From Octopus sinensis (taxonomy: Eukaryota), in contig NC_042998.1 in the NCBI RefSeq assembly GCF_006345805.1, positions 39,246,001-39,310,000 of the forward strand: a DNA stretch of 64,000 nt. The letters are read 5' to 3'. The notes beneath the pieces were generated by a model. That model was not told the DNA's origin. It saw only the letters and a program-made list of their open reading frames with translations, and ran no database searches. The position numbers were made by a program, and so were the translations under genes. Position 1 is the stretch's first letter, and the number at the start of each line of letters is the position of its first letter. This document shows positions 36,891 to 50,256 of this stretch, piece after piece.

Positions 36891-38117
36891 GATCTGAACT
36901 TTCTTTTATAACAGACAATCCTAAATTTTGACTTCAATTCCAACAACAGACCATTAAGCATGTTTACGGGTAGAAAGATATTGAAAAGCATCAATACATC
37001 AAAGTGACAAAGAAATGAGGAGGGTATCAGGTGGTTGTGAGATGTGCTGAAAATCAGACACAAAAAACGTTTTTGTTTTTTCACAGTTATATGAATTGCC
37101 ATGTGTAGAATACAAACTTGTAAAAATTTTCTGAAAATTCCAAACTCATTTATTCACCATAAAATTGAAGAGAAGATATTGAAATTAATCATTACTCATT
37201 TTGCCCCAGTTTATACACCAGTTTTTGAAAATTGAAAATTATCAAATTAGACATTAGTGAAGGAAAAAATTGATTTGGAGCCCAATAGAGAAAAGAATTT
37301 GTATTGTTGAACATCCAAAATTGTCTAGATATTTTATTAGCAACCTCAATTACAACTGAGTCAAATTTGAGGGAAAATTTCTTGAAAATAAAGTATCTGT
37401 TACCTGACAGCTTCAAACTGCCTCAACTGCAACAACAATAATGGTGGCAATCCCAAAGATGATGCAAGAATACAAAATGGTGATGCAATGCTTGCACAAT
37501 GTAATTGTGTTCAAACTAATAGCAAAAAAATAACAAGAAATTGGTAATTACTCATTTTGACCCACTTCCCCATAGTTATTTTAAGTATTTGACAAAATGA
37601 CCAAAAATAGTGAAGAAAGAAAGGAAAAGATTTGGTTTAATGAAAACATGTGACCATAAAAGCAATGATTCTAAAGCTGAAAAAAAAAATGCATTGAGAG
37701 TAGTAATCTCTTTATATAAAACAAATAATGTGTGAGTGTGTGTGTAGTACGTATGCATTTCTACATTTTTCAACTGATTTTCACCAAACTTTACACACAT
37801 TACTAATGTACCAAGGATGGTTATGGACTATAACATTTTGCCCAGAGCTATCGCATAATGTGAGAAACCGACCTGGTTTTGCACATGGGATTTTCTGTAA
37901 AAACTGCAGTTTTCAAGCGATTCTCTTGCTTTTCTCTCTGTTTATCTCTTCTCTTTCTCACTTACACACTCTGCAATACTTCCTCTCTTTAAGTCTCTCT
38001 CTCTCTCTCTTGTGCATAAATATTCTTGTCTTCGCTCTATTTGTACATGCTCCCTACAACATTACTTTACATACTGTACCCTGGTGTATAGTTTAACCAA
38101 GCAATACTAATGTCCTT

Positions 38118-38300
38118 TGTCCCTGGGTAAGAAGTAGGTGTCTCATCTGGGATGCCACAGTCTTCGACTCCTTTGCTTCTTCCCACAACCTGGATGCTGT
38201 GGTAAACGGGATGGTCACTACTTCCATAACCGAATGGAACAAAATCCCAAAGTGTCAGGACTTATCAGTAACAGAAGAGCGAAGTTCTTGTCATAGTTGA
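38118..38300 (+). mobile_element. CRE-clade non-LTR relic (restriction-like endonuclease region)
   Basis: PWVRSRCLIWDATVFDSFASSH...TEWNKIPKCQDL resembles the PWxxGxxLxWDATxxDTxAxSH...E..K..KY motif of CRE elements. Confidence 0.65.
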
Positions 38301-40430
38301 CGGTTCGCTTTACCAAGGGGTCGGGTGATGCCTGTAAGGGTGCTTGGCTGTTTCAATGCCTTTGGGTAATGCTGTGAGCGTGTTGACTTGCTTCAGTAGG
38401 TTCTGTTGGACCTTGTGATTTGCAACCAGTTGTTTCTTTGTTCCTCCTTTTTCTTTTTCTTTCTTCACTCATGTCTGTGTTTTCTTTGAGCTTTGATTTG
38501 TGTTTTAATGTGGTTTTGGGTGTTATTAAGTTAGACATAGCCTGGGCCTATACAGGCCAAAACCTATCAAAGTTATCAAAGTTATAAGTAGCATATACAT
38601 ATGATACCTACCAAGAAACATGTTACCTAAACTTTGACATATATTTACTGCAACTATTTCAAGGTTCTTCAATCCATTTATGATGGATATTTTCTGAATT
38701 ATATGAAAGGCGCTTTTCTAGTCATACTATAAAAACAGATCCATTGGATTGACCTAAGACAATTTATTGTTTTTGTACTCTTCGAGGAAAGTAACATGTT
38801 TAAACAAATTAAAACAACAATAACAAGGAATATACAAAAATAATTTGGCTCTCTTGAATTTCCGAAAGGAATAAATATTTCAAATGGGTTGAATCCCATA
38901 CCACCGGGTAGCTCTATTTCTTTTTTTCTTTTCTTTTTTTTTTTATTCAAAATAATCTTTAGGTTTTAAAGATTTGAATATTATGGGAGATTCTTAATTA
39001 AAAAATTTTTTTTTTCCTGTTTAGCATTTGCTGTGGGTCAGACATAATCTCCAAAGAAATAATAGCATTTGTGTTTGACGCATCAAGCGCTGGGATTGAC
39101 ATATACATAGCATGGACGATTGAGTACATTTTATGAAAATGAGACTACTATGCACACATAAAAAACCAAGAAATAGTTCAAATATCTTCTTAGTATAAAA
39201 TGGTGGCAAGTCTTACATCATCTGAAAAAGTCATTAGTTGAACTATTAGTCCGCTTGCATTCGGAGAAGGGGGGTATGGGAGAGTTTGGGTGACATTAGA
39301 CCCTAACAAACGGCCATAAATTAAATGTATCTATCTGGGGCCACGATCGTGGCCCGCCGCGCTTTATGTGTTAATTAACAATGCTAGTGTAGCAGATATA
39401 TATTGGAATCAACTGAAGTTGTTTCATGAAAGTTTTCTATTAGGGCTAAAATACAAGTTTACACGAAGTCAATTTGAAAAGATTATTTTTAATGGTTTAA
39501 TAAATTATTAGCCGAAGCCGTCCTAGTTTTCGACAAAAAAATTATTCTGAAATTTAGATCTAAAGTAGCTTATAAAAACGCAGGTTTTCTCATATTTTCC
39601 AGTGACTTTTAGGCTGCCGCAAGAAGCTTTGTCACTCGATATTCTACATGTCTTGTAGTGTTGGATTATTGTCGCGCTCATGAAACAGAGATCGCATTAT
39701 CTATTTTTCTCCATCATGACCTTATCTAAATTCTGTCTAGAGTAGTTTGAAGAATTAGTTAAGGAATGCAATACTTGTCAACCTTTTCAAGTAACTCTTA
39801 GAAGAAAAGGCCTTTTATCACACATGCCTTGTGAAAAAAATATATAAACTAAGAGAGAGCGCTCCTGTTTTATTTAAAATACTGTTTAAACGATTGAGTT
39901 TGAATTTAATAAAATGTTGAGTGAGACCATATGATCAGATTTCCATAATTTCTCGAGTATTGGTTAGAAAACAACGTACGAGTCACTCATGAATAACCTT
40001 AATCTTAAAAATAAATAAACGAAGGACCACCAAACGGGTTAATAGGTCAAACTAGTATGGCAAGTTAATAAAATACTTTGAGAAAGGAAATAATTGTTAA
40101 GCTGCCCTTCCGTCACCGAAACATTAACTTATTCGTTTCGGGTAAACGGGAAGCCAAGATATTTTTGGCTGTACTTTGCTGTTGAAACTTCGCCTTTTCA
40201 CTTCGCCGAAATTTTGATAATTTTAGTTCTAATGTGAGTTTCTATTCTCTCGTTCCATTACATTACAATGATTTTTAAATTAATATTTTGTTGGATTATT
40301 ATCTTTTTCTTTTTTTTTTAACAAAGTGTAAGGTTAAATTTCGTTTGTGTATTCCTTCAATTTTCAATTGTCTTTCTCTGTTTTGTCCAGTTTTCTAGTT
40401 TGATTTTGTAAAAGGGTACTGTGAAGGTAA

Positions 40431-40461
<31 letters not shown>

Positions 40462-40735
40462 TATAATAATAATAATGAAATTATTGTATACAGTGCTCAT
40501 GTGCACCACAACTTGTCAGAAAGTGCATATAAAGTACATGCAGTAATGTAAAAATGTCTGGAAAGCGAACAATGTATGAGTCAGATACATGCTTGTGTGT
40601 GTAAGGAGGGGAGAAAATCAGGTGTAGTGTTGGCGAATCTCAGAAAGCATGGAAGTTTTGAAAGATGCAGTGCTCCGACAACTAACAACTGATGCCGGCA
40701 GTTTGTTCCATGCTTCAGCAACTCTCAGCGTGAAA
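40462..40735 (-). mobile_element. CR1-clade LINE 3' end
   Basis: KHFFTLRVAEAWNKLPASVVSCRSTASFK is the typical CR1 ORF2 C-terminus; followed by a 3' UTR and an (ATT)n tail. Confidence 0.8.
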
Positions 40736-41245
40736 AAATGTTTCCTGAAGTCAATCGCTACAGATTTCTGCCCCCGATTTTGGCTGATCATAACTTTCAG
40801 AAAAATGCATATTTTTTAATGAAATTTTCTATGAATATGTGTTATATCATGTAGACTCAGAATAAACATTTTTTTTTTTTTGGTTAGGAGGAGTGGGGTG
40901 GGGAATTTCAGTAACTTCACCGGAGTTCAATTCGTCTTAACTTTCAAGAAAATGAATATTTTTTAATTAAATTCTCTACAAAATATACATCGGACTATGT
41001 AGATTCCGAACACAGGGATTTTGGGGTAAAACAATTGGGGGCTATTTTTTGAGAACTTTTCCCCACTCGCAGGTGTTTCTGAACAAGTCGTTTTTCCATA
41101 TTTGTTACATTTTCTCCGTTTTGTGCATCCGTAGAGTTCTACGGAAGCAACAAGCAGGCAATGAAGGCAAAATTCCCCGTTATAACTTTTTTAATTACAT
41201 ATGTGTGTGTGTGTATTCCCTCCGTACAAATTTGCTATCCGACTG

Positions 41246-42026
41246 GGATCTTTTCCTTTTGAACGGCAGTTTTCAACGCAATTTCTAGTTAACTAAACAC
41301 TTTTTAACTTCGTATACTGGTAGAATGCGTTTATAAAACATCATTTTTTTCTTGGCTTTATTGAGAAAATTATATAGTTTGTAAGATATTTCCACTTTAA
41401 AATCGAGCATTTCGGCAATTTTAACCAATCGCTGACCTCCATTTAGGTAAACAACATTCCGTGCTGTATGAATATGTCCCTCCTATAGGAAACAGATTGG
41501 GTTTATTTACATTTGCGAAGAAAAGAAGATACCCTTCCCCCACCCTAACCCTAAAACAGATTGAAATGCAATAGATCGATACTAGGGTTATAATTATGGG
41601 TGACAATTTCATACGACACCACTACGGAAAATGGGATTTTTTTTCTAGCGGTGTCAAATAAAAATGGCACCCATAATTATAACCCTAGTATCGATCTATT
41701 GCATTTCAATCTGTTTTAGGGTTAGGGGTGGGGGAAGGGTATCTTTTTTTTTCTTCGCAAATGTAAATAAACCCAATCTGTTTCCTATAGGAGGGACATA
41801 TTCATACAGCACGGAATGTTGTTTACCTAAATGGAGGTCAGCGATTGGTTAAAATTGCCGAAATGCTCGATTTTAAAGTGGAAATATCTTACAAACTACA
41901 GAATTTTCTCAATAAAGCCAAGAAAAAATGATGTTTTATAAACACATTCTACCAGTATACGAAGTTAAAAAGTGTTTAGTTAACTAGAAATTGTGTTGAA
42001 AACTGCCGTTCAAAAGGAAAAGATCC
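41246..42026. mobile_element. Foldback-type MITE with about 360-bp terminal inverted repeats
   Basis: GGATCTTTTCCTTTTGAACGGCAG...CTGCCGTTCAAAAGGAAAAGATCC. Arms of about 360 bp are nearly identical, with a spacer of about 55 bp. A diverged single arm lies at about 1850-2030. Confidence 0.8.
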
Positions 42027-42037
42027 GCTGACTAGAC

Positions 42038-42110
42038 CTCAACACAAACTCGTCTTAAAGAATCATTCATCCAAAAATATAAACCAGAACTGAACATTAA
42101 TTAATTTTAG
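42038..42110 (+). mobile_element. Possible Penelope-like GIY-YIG C-terminal scrap
   Basis: TRLKESFIQKYKPELNIN-stop resembles the E...I....P.LN end of PLE GIY-YIG endonucleases. Very short. Confidence 0.4.
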
Positions 42111-42519
42111 TAACAACAAGCCCTCACTAGAACAGAACAATAATCAATTCTTCTCTCCACTCTTGAAATATTTGTAAATAACCCCTAAAACTTGTGTACA
42201 CATTAAGAATATCAGTCCAAAGACCCTAACAATACTTTGGAAGTAATTTTCAGAGAAATTGAAGAGTTACCTCCCTTCGACTTCGAAAATTATTGTCAAC
42301 AACAAAAACAGCTGAAATTTAAGACCTTCGAAGTTTGCTAAGCGTAAGACGCGAAACCGGTATTCCCAGTTTATTATATAATGTTGCAATACAACTCTTT
42401 GTTTCATTATGATCTTAATATTAGCATAAATTTTATTATATAACTATCCTGTGCGATTTTACATATTTTTCTTAAAGAACCACGTGTAAGCAACATCTGA
42501 CACCTTTATATTATATACA

Positions 42520-42591
<72 letters not shown>

Positions 42592-42901
42592 TCGTCGTCG
42601 TTTAACGTCCATTTTCTATGCTGGCATGGGTTGGATGGTTTGGACTGGTTACTGGAAAGCCCGGAGGCCGCAGTAGGCCCCAACCTACAGCTGGATGCAC
42701 TTCCTAACGCCAACCACTCCGAGAGTGTTGTGGGTGCTTTTTACGTGCCACCGGCATGGGACCCAGTCAGGTGGTATTGGCATCGGCCACGTTCAGATGG
42801 TGATTTTTACGTGTCACCAGCAAGGGAGCCAGTCGCTGGCATCAACCATGTTCAGATGGTGTTTTTTTACAAGCCACCGGCACGGGGAACCAGACGGGCG
42901 A

Positions 42902-42943
<42 letters not shown>

Positions 42944-42945
42944 AC

Positions 42946-43470
42946 CATTAGAATACGAATAGCCTGGGTAAAGTTTAGAAAGCTTCTACCCCTACTGGTG
43001 ACAAAGGGTCTCTCGCTCAGAGTGAAAGGTAGATTGTACGATGCATGTGTGTGAACTGACATGCTTCATGGTAGTGAAACATGGGCTGTGACTGCAGAGG
43101 AGATGCGTAGGCTTGAAAGAAATGAAGCTAGCATGATCCGCTGGATGTATAATGTCGGTGTGCACACACGACAGAGTGTAAGTGCCCTGAGAGAAAAGCT
43201 GGACATAAGAAGCATCGGATGTGGAGTGCAAGAGAGATGTTAGTGCTGGTATGGTCATGTACTACGGATGGATGAGGAGAGATGTGTGAAGAAGTACCAG
43301 TCCCAAACAGCTGAAGGAATACGGGATAGAGAGAGACCCAGGAAGACATGGGTTGAGGTGGTCAAGCATGACCTTCGGACGTTGGGCCTTACAGAGGCAA
43401 TGATGAAAGACCGAGATCTCTGGAGATATGCTGTGACTGCGAAGACCCGACAACGTGAGTTCATGGCTGT
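42946..43470 (+). mobile_element. RTE LINE C-terminal fragment
   Basis: RIRIAWVKFRKLLPLLVTKGLSLRVKGRLYDACV...MLHGSETWAVTAEEMRRLERNEASM...RPRKTW. Confidence 0.9.
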
Positions 43471-44345
43471 TTCCTGCACCAGTTTCACATAGCAGCCCCA
43501 GCCCATCCAAAGTACCTTGGATTGCAGAACAGCCTGCTGTGCTTACCTTGGATTGTAGGGCGACCTGCTGTGCTTGAGGAGACCTGTTGAGTTAAGTACA
43601 TCAACATCAGCAATATCAAAATCAAATCAAATGGAAATTGTAGTTGTGAGCCCCGTGCCAGTAGCACGGAAAATGCACCATCTGAATGTGGCCAATGCCA
43701 GTGTCACCTTGACTGGCTTCCATGCGAGTGGACCACAAAAAGCACCATCCAAACATGGCCGATGCCGAGTCAAGTACAGCAGTATCAAAGTCAAATCAGA
43801 TGGAAATTGTAGTTGTGAGCCCCGTGCTGGTATCACGTAAAAAGCACCATTCTACTAGCTTGTTACCTTAACAGCATTCATTTATTGATTTCAAATTTTG
43901 GCACAAGGCCAGCAATTTATGAGGAGGGGGCAAGTCAGTTACATCAACCCTAGTCCTCTTCTGGTACTTATTTTATCAACCCTGAAAGGATAAAAGGTAA
44001 AGTTGACCGTGGCAGAATTTGAACTTAGAACATAATGATAGATAAAATGCCTGAAAGCAATTTGCCCAGCATGCTAATGGTTCTGCCATCTTTCTTCCTT
44101 AATATCATTGATAGATTATTGATATGTGACTCTCACTATAGAATTGTCGATTTTTAAAATTTCAATGTTCATAAATCTGATGTATTATTTAATTTTCTTC
44201 TTCTATTCCTCTCTATTACTAGTTAGGCACCGACCAATGCCAGAGTCTGGTACTCGACTTGGAACTCCATACACTAAGACACTTTTGCTTAACGTCAGAT
44301 TTTTTAGTACAAGAAAACAGGTTCTGTCAACTTGGAAACATCAGA

Positions 44346-47300
44346 ATGGCACTTAATGCAATTGCGAAAAACCTAAAAATTCCAGAAAAATCTTTTGCAG
44401 GAAGAATCACTCAGGTTTGGTCATCACTTTTTGAAATTTATTTTGAATTTATTAATTTAAAGAAATCAAGTCTAATTGAATGAATGCATTCCTTTCAGTG
44501 TATTACGGGCGATTATTGAATCAGTCTTGGGAAAATGTTTGAACGCCATATATGGAAAACTACATATATGGAAACATGAATCCAAGAAGTAATTCCAAGC
44601 ATCAGTAGAATGGCACAATTTTGGTAGAAAGGCTTAGTTGATTTAACCAGCCCCGGATTGATGAAAGTTGATCATGACAACCTCTCCAACCTGCAACATC
44701 ATGCAAACTGAATGTAATAAATGTGCTGCTGCTAGTGGTGGTGGTGGTGTTGTCGTGGGATGCTGCTGATATTGATGATGGTGATGATTATCATGTTCAT
44801 GATAATAATGATAATGATGATGATGATGATTCCAGAGTCTAAACATAATTAACTGATTTGAAGTTTCTCTTAGAATCAGCTTGAGAAGATGTGATCTGGA
44901 ACATCCCATTGGGAGTCTCAAATGTTGAGCATTTGCAAAAGAAAAATGAATTTGGTAGCAGCAATGTGTAAAATATATACAATGATTTCCTGCTGAAATA
45001 CCATCATCCTCATCACAAGCCACACAGATGTCCTCTTTATTCACAAAAGTGTTGAAATATTAGTTATGATGGGCAAAAAAAACAACAGTATTTATGCTTA
45101 GGAATCACTTTCCTTGTAATCCAGATTTTGCACCAAACAACATTTGTGCCTTGAAGAACATGAAAAAATATTTGAGAAGTAAAATTTTTCACAAGGCTCA
45201 TGATATAAAGACAACATATTGAAGATTATCTGAAAAATCAACTGGAAATTTTCTACAAAACAACCTTGTAGGTTATTTGGCGACCTCACTAATGCTGGTG
45301 GCATTAAAAGAAAGCATCCAGTGTGCTCTCTAAATTGGTTGACATTGGGAAGGACATCTAGCCATAGAAACCATGCCAGAGCTATCATTGCAACCCAGCA
45401 CAGCCTTGTCCAACTTTGACTCCCAATTTCTCTGGACAGGGATGTGCTTACATAAGTGGATGTGCTTACATAAGTGGATCTTAAAGTCCTATTCAAACAT
45501 ACCTAGATAGCTTGTCGTAACTTCATGTTTGCAAACAATATTGTCATTCACGCATTGTCTAGAGGGCAGGCAGAGAGAGGCCAACAGTTACACACATGCA
45601 TTCATGCATGTACACATACACATTCAACAGGCTTCTTTCAGTTTGCATCTACCAAATTCACTCACAAGGCTTTGGTCGGCCTAAGGCTCCCTCAGGTGCC
45701 ATGCAGTGGGACTGAACCTGGAACCATGTGGTTGGGAAGTAAACTCTTTACCACACAGCCACACCTTAACCATTCAGCATTCAGATTACTCCATTCAATG
45801 TAATTCTTATTTATTCACATTGTTTCGAATTAATCATTCTTTATCTCATAGCTTTGAGATTTTGATGAAGTAACTATTTACTTTTAGAATGGCATTGCAG
45901 GGTTAGTGTGAGAGGCCAGGTCTGGCTGATTTGAACATAAAACTGGTAGAATATTTTGACCGGATATGGGGGCCAGTTTAACCCTTTGGCATTTAAATCA
46001 CTTGTATGAATCATCATCATCATCATCATCGTTTAACGTCCGCTTTCCATGCTAGCATGGGTTGGACGGTTCAACTGGGGTCTGGGAAGCCCGAAGGCTG
46101 CACCAGGCCAGTCAAATCTGGCAGTGTTTCTACAGCTGGATGCCCTTCCTAACGCCAACCACTCCGTGAGTGTAGTGGGTGTTTTTTATGTGCCACTGAC
46201 ACAGGTGCCAGACGAGGCTGGCAAACGGCCACGCTCGGATGGTGCTTTTTACGTGCCACTGGCACGGAGGCCAGGCGAGGCTGGCAACGGCCACGATCGG
46301 ATGGTGTTTGTTACATGCCACCAGCACGGAGGCCAGTCGATAGATATTTATATATTAATCCTACAATTGCATATTTATATAATTTTTTGCACATGTAATT
46401 ACCACACAGATATTTACATATATTAATTATACATATGCAAGATTAGATAATTAATGTGTCTATCTATATACACGTGTTTTTGTACGCATTTATATTTACA
46501 TATATACATTCCCATATATATATTCAAGTATCTATAATTCTATTCCTTTTTGATTCTTATTGATTTGCACACCTATAAATTTAAGTGCATGTGTTCTAAA
46601 TTCATTGGACAAATACTTTTGACTATTGATAACTTCCACTTATTACCCATCTTTATAATAACAAATTATAAATATATTTACCCCAATATTAATATGATAC
46701 TGACATACTTGATAAATTACTATATATTATCTATCTCTATACCTTCTAATTATTATCCAGAGCATATTAATATAAATTTACTTCCTCTCTAAATATACAC
46801 CCTATACCCTGCCCTCCTTAAAAGGTTTATACCAAATTCATCCACATAACAATGCTCAGTGATGTTCCGTATACGTAATACCCAATAATGGTATATCTTC
46901 ATTTCTGCCTCTAACAAGATTCTGCTTTGTAGAATGATTTCATTATCACAATTATGATCTTTAAAGCATGAATTGAAACAGCTGTAAGAGATTATGTTTA
47001 TTTTTGCATTAATAATTTTACTTATAGGCGCAGAAGTGGCTGTGTGGTAAGTAGCTTGCTAACCAACCACATGGTTTCGGGTTCAGTCCCACTGCGTGGC
47101 ATCTTGGGCAAGTGTCTTCTTCTATAGCCCCGGGCCGACCAATGCCTTGTGAGTGGATTTGGTAGACGGAAACTGAAAGAAGCCTGTCGTATATATGTAT
47201 ATATATATGTATGTGTGTGTTTGTGTGTCTGTGTTTGTCCCCCTAGCATTGCTTGACAACTGATGCTGGTGTGTTTACGTCCCTGTCACTTAGCGGTTCG

Positions 47301-47480
47301 GCAAAAGAGACCGATAGAATAAGTACTGGGCTTACAAAGAATAGGTCCCGGGGTAGATTTGCTCGACTAAAAGGCGGTGCTCCAGCATGGCTGCAGTCAA
47401 ATGACTGAAGCAAGTAAAAGTAAAAGTAAAGTAAAGTTATTAATTGATTTATCTCCATTTTCTTATTTTACTTATATATA

Positions 47481-47523
<43 letters not shown>

Positions 47524-50206
47524 AAGAATGGAAAGTTCTGTATAGACGTGGGATAGGTTTATAAGAAAGAAAAGAAATGTAAAAGTCACAGAAAGTTTGT
47601 GTAATAGAGTTTATGGTGATATTAGGATCATATTACATCATTGCAAATGAAATAAATCCTGGTTTCACGATCATACGACCTTGACATATTGTTTCATCTC
47701 TGTTCACTTTTCTCAAAGATGGCGTCCTATTGACAGCAAAAAAGTTTTCTCTATATAGGTTGACAATCGTTTGATCGTGAAACTGGTACTGATTTAATTT
47801 GTAATGATGTAATATGATCCTAATATCACCATAAACTTTATTATACAAACTTTCTATGACTTTTACATTTCTTTTCTTTCTTAGATATATATATATATAT
47901 CCAAATAAAAGCTAATGTGAAACTTCTCAAATTAATTTTTTTTAAGCATAGACTCTCAAAAAGTGCATGCAAATAAATTAAAACATCATTAGGTTAATAT
48001 TTTCGAATTATATAGCATTATTAATGAAAATGTTCCTTATGATTTTCAGTTCTTTCTCAAGAGAGGAAATAGGGTTGTAGAAGAGAAAGCCGTAGAACAT
48101 AGTGGTATTGAAGCTGACCATTATGTTCTTGAAGTTGGGTTTGGTCCTGGCATTGGTCTTGAAGCAGCATACAATAAAATCAAAGGTAACTTGGAAAACC
48201 ACTGTATTTTGTTTTTGATAGAGGAGTTTTTATCATCATCATCATTGTTGTCACCATCATCATCATCATCGTCATCATCATCGTTGTCATCGTTTAACAT
48301 CTGTTAGATGGTTTGACAAGAGCTAGCGAGCTAGAGGACTGAACCAGGTTCCACTGTTTTCGCATAGTTTTTACAGTTGGGTGCCCTTCCTAATGACAAC
48401 CCCTTTAGAGTGGATTCATTGCATGTGCATATTACCAAGATACCAACAATGTGCAGGTGACTAACTAATTAGATTCTGACATCACTCAGAATAAGAAACC
48501 ATTTTGACCCCACTGAGAAAATTTCTTTTCCTTTGCCCCCTGGACTGCTGCCCTTGGTTCTACAAACTAACAGTGGTACTCAGGATAATCCAATGCTGCC
48601 ACACCAAAAAGATTGCTTGGGTACAACAGACGAGCAATAGGGAAAGTCGAAAGAACTGGAACTTTCCTCCTTAGAACAAAAACATGAAAGATATATAGTG
48701 ATATAAGCATATGGAAGAGTCCGGAGTGTGTGGCCTAGCTGTCGGATTGAGAGATATACCAACTCCTGAACTGGACGCCACTGTATAATACCAAAGGTCC
48801 TACCTTCTCAGTGCTGAGTAAAGATCCAGTACTGTAACAGCTGAGGGTTTAAGGGCCCACAGTTATTCGGTTCCTCGCAAAAAAGCTGCATCAGAGATCT
48901 ACAAGTTGTGGATTGTTCAAAGAATATTAAGACAAATTTTTATCTGAGGTACCAAATGAATTTGCATTATGGCAAGAAATGCAAATACGGGTTAGGGTTA
49001 GGGTTATTTAACTCGCTGCTTCACCGGAACCAAACTAAGAAAAACAGCCGTGGAAGTGAGTTGAAATAGACTTGCTATGAGATTAATGGCAGTGACCCAG
49101 CATGCCCTCACCTTTGGCTGAAACAAGTAAAAGTAAATAAATACACACACACACACACACATTGGTCAGTGGTTCATATATCCTGAAACGAAGCATACTT
49201 TAAAGCATTAAAGTAGTAATATTTAGAAGGTTGTTATGGCTGGTGATAGAGTGACCGTTGGTTTCACCCCTATCAGGCGGTTAACTGTGACTCATAAGAC
49301 TCAAGTGTCTAGGAGCAGACATCCTCTCTGCAACTGGAAGGAGGAAGACGTCATGATCAGTAAATTTTGTAAACAAAAAAGATGCCGCATAAAGCTGACG
49401 AAGCTTTGGGTGAGGCAGAGTTATGTCCCCTTCGACCAGTACCGGTGTGTGTCTACCAGGAGCCTGCCAAAGCTGTCTGAGAATGGCAGCATTTCCTTAG
49501 TCAGCAAACCCTGACCCTCTGATGAGGGCACTGACTAAAACTTTCTGCTTTGGAGTTCTTTATATATATTCTTTTTACTTGTTTCAGTCATTTGACTGTG
49601 GCCATGCTAGAGAACAAATCAACTCCAGGACTTATTCTTTGTAAGCCTAGTACTTATTCTATTGGTCTCTACTGCCAAATTGCTAAGTTATGGGGATGTA
49701 AACACACCAACATCAGTTGTCAAGCGATGGTGGGGGTACAAACACAGACACAAATACAAATATATATATATATAAAAAGGGGTTTGTATGATTGTGTATA
49801 GAAGGATATATATTATCCAAAGGAATTCCAACTCTGTTTTTTATGTTTTATTTTTATTCTTTATAATATTAATGTAGAATATAGAATATATTGTATAAAT
49901 AATATATATATTGTAAATTACTTCATTTCATTCGTTTACATAATTGATGAAAGAAACGGAAAATGGATTTAGTAGAAATCTTTATTCAGCCTGACGATCG
50001 TTTTGACCCATCCTGCAGTTACCCCACAAGCATAGGATATTGTGCATCTAGTTGTGTTGCATCAATCAGTGCAGTCTGTGCCATTTCAGGTGCTTGCTGT
50101 AAAAAAAAGATGTCCCACACTAGACAAACTGAGTTCTCCTTGGCATCTTATTCTCACTCATTGTACATGGGTGTATGTATACATATATGTATGTATATAC
50201 ATATAC

Positions 50207-50256
<50 letters not shown>

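Noticed and set aside
39338-39355. Perfect 18-bp palindrome GGGCCACGATCGTGGCCC
   Set aside because: Isolated, with no associated element ends or gene feature.
48989-49005. TTAGGG repeats (also within 41540-41730)
   Set aside because: Only 2-3 units, embedded in MITE-like sequence; not an interstitial telomere array.
49519-49545. CTGATGAG hammerhead core
   Set aside because: Followed by AAAAC rather than GAAAC, and stem II does not form.
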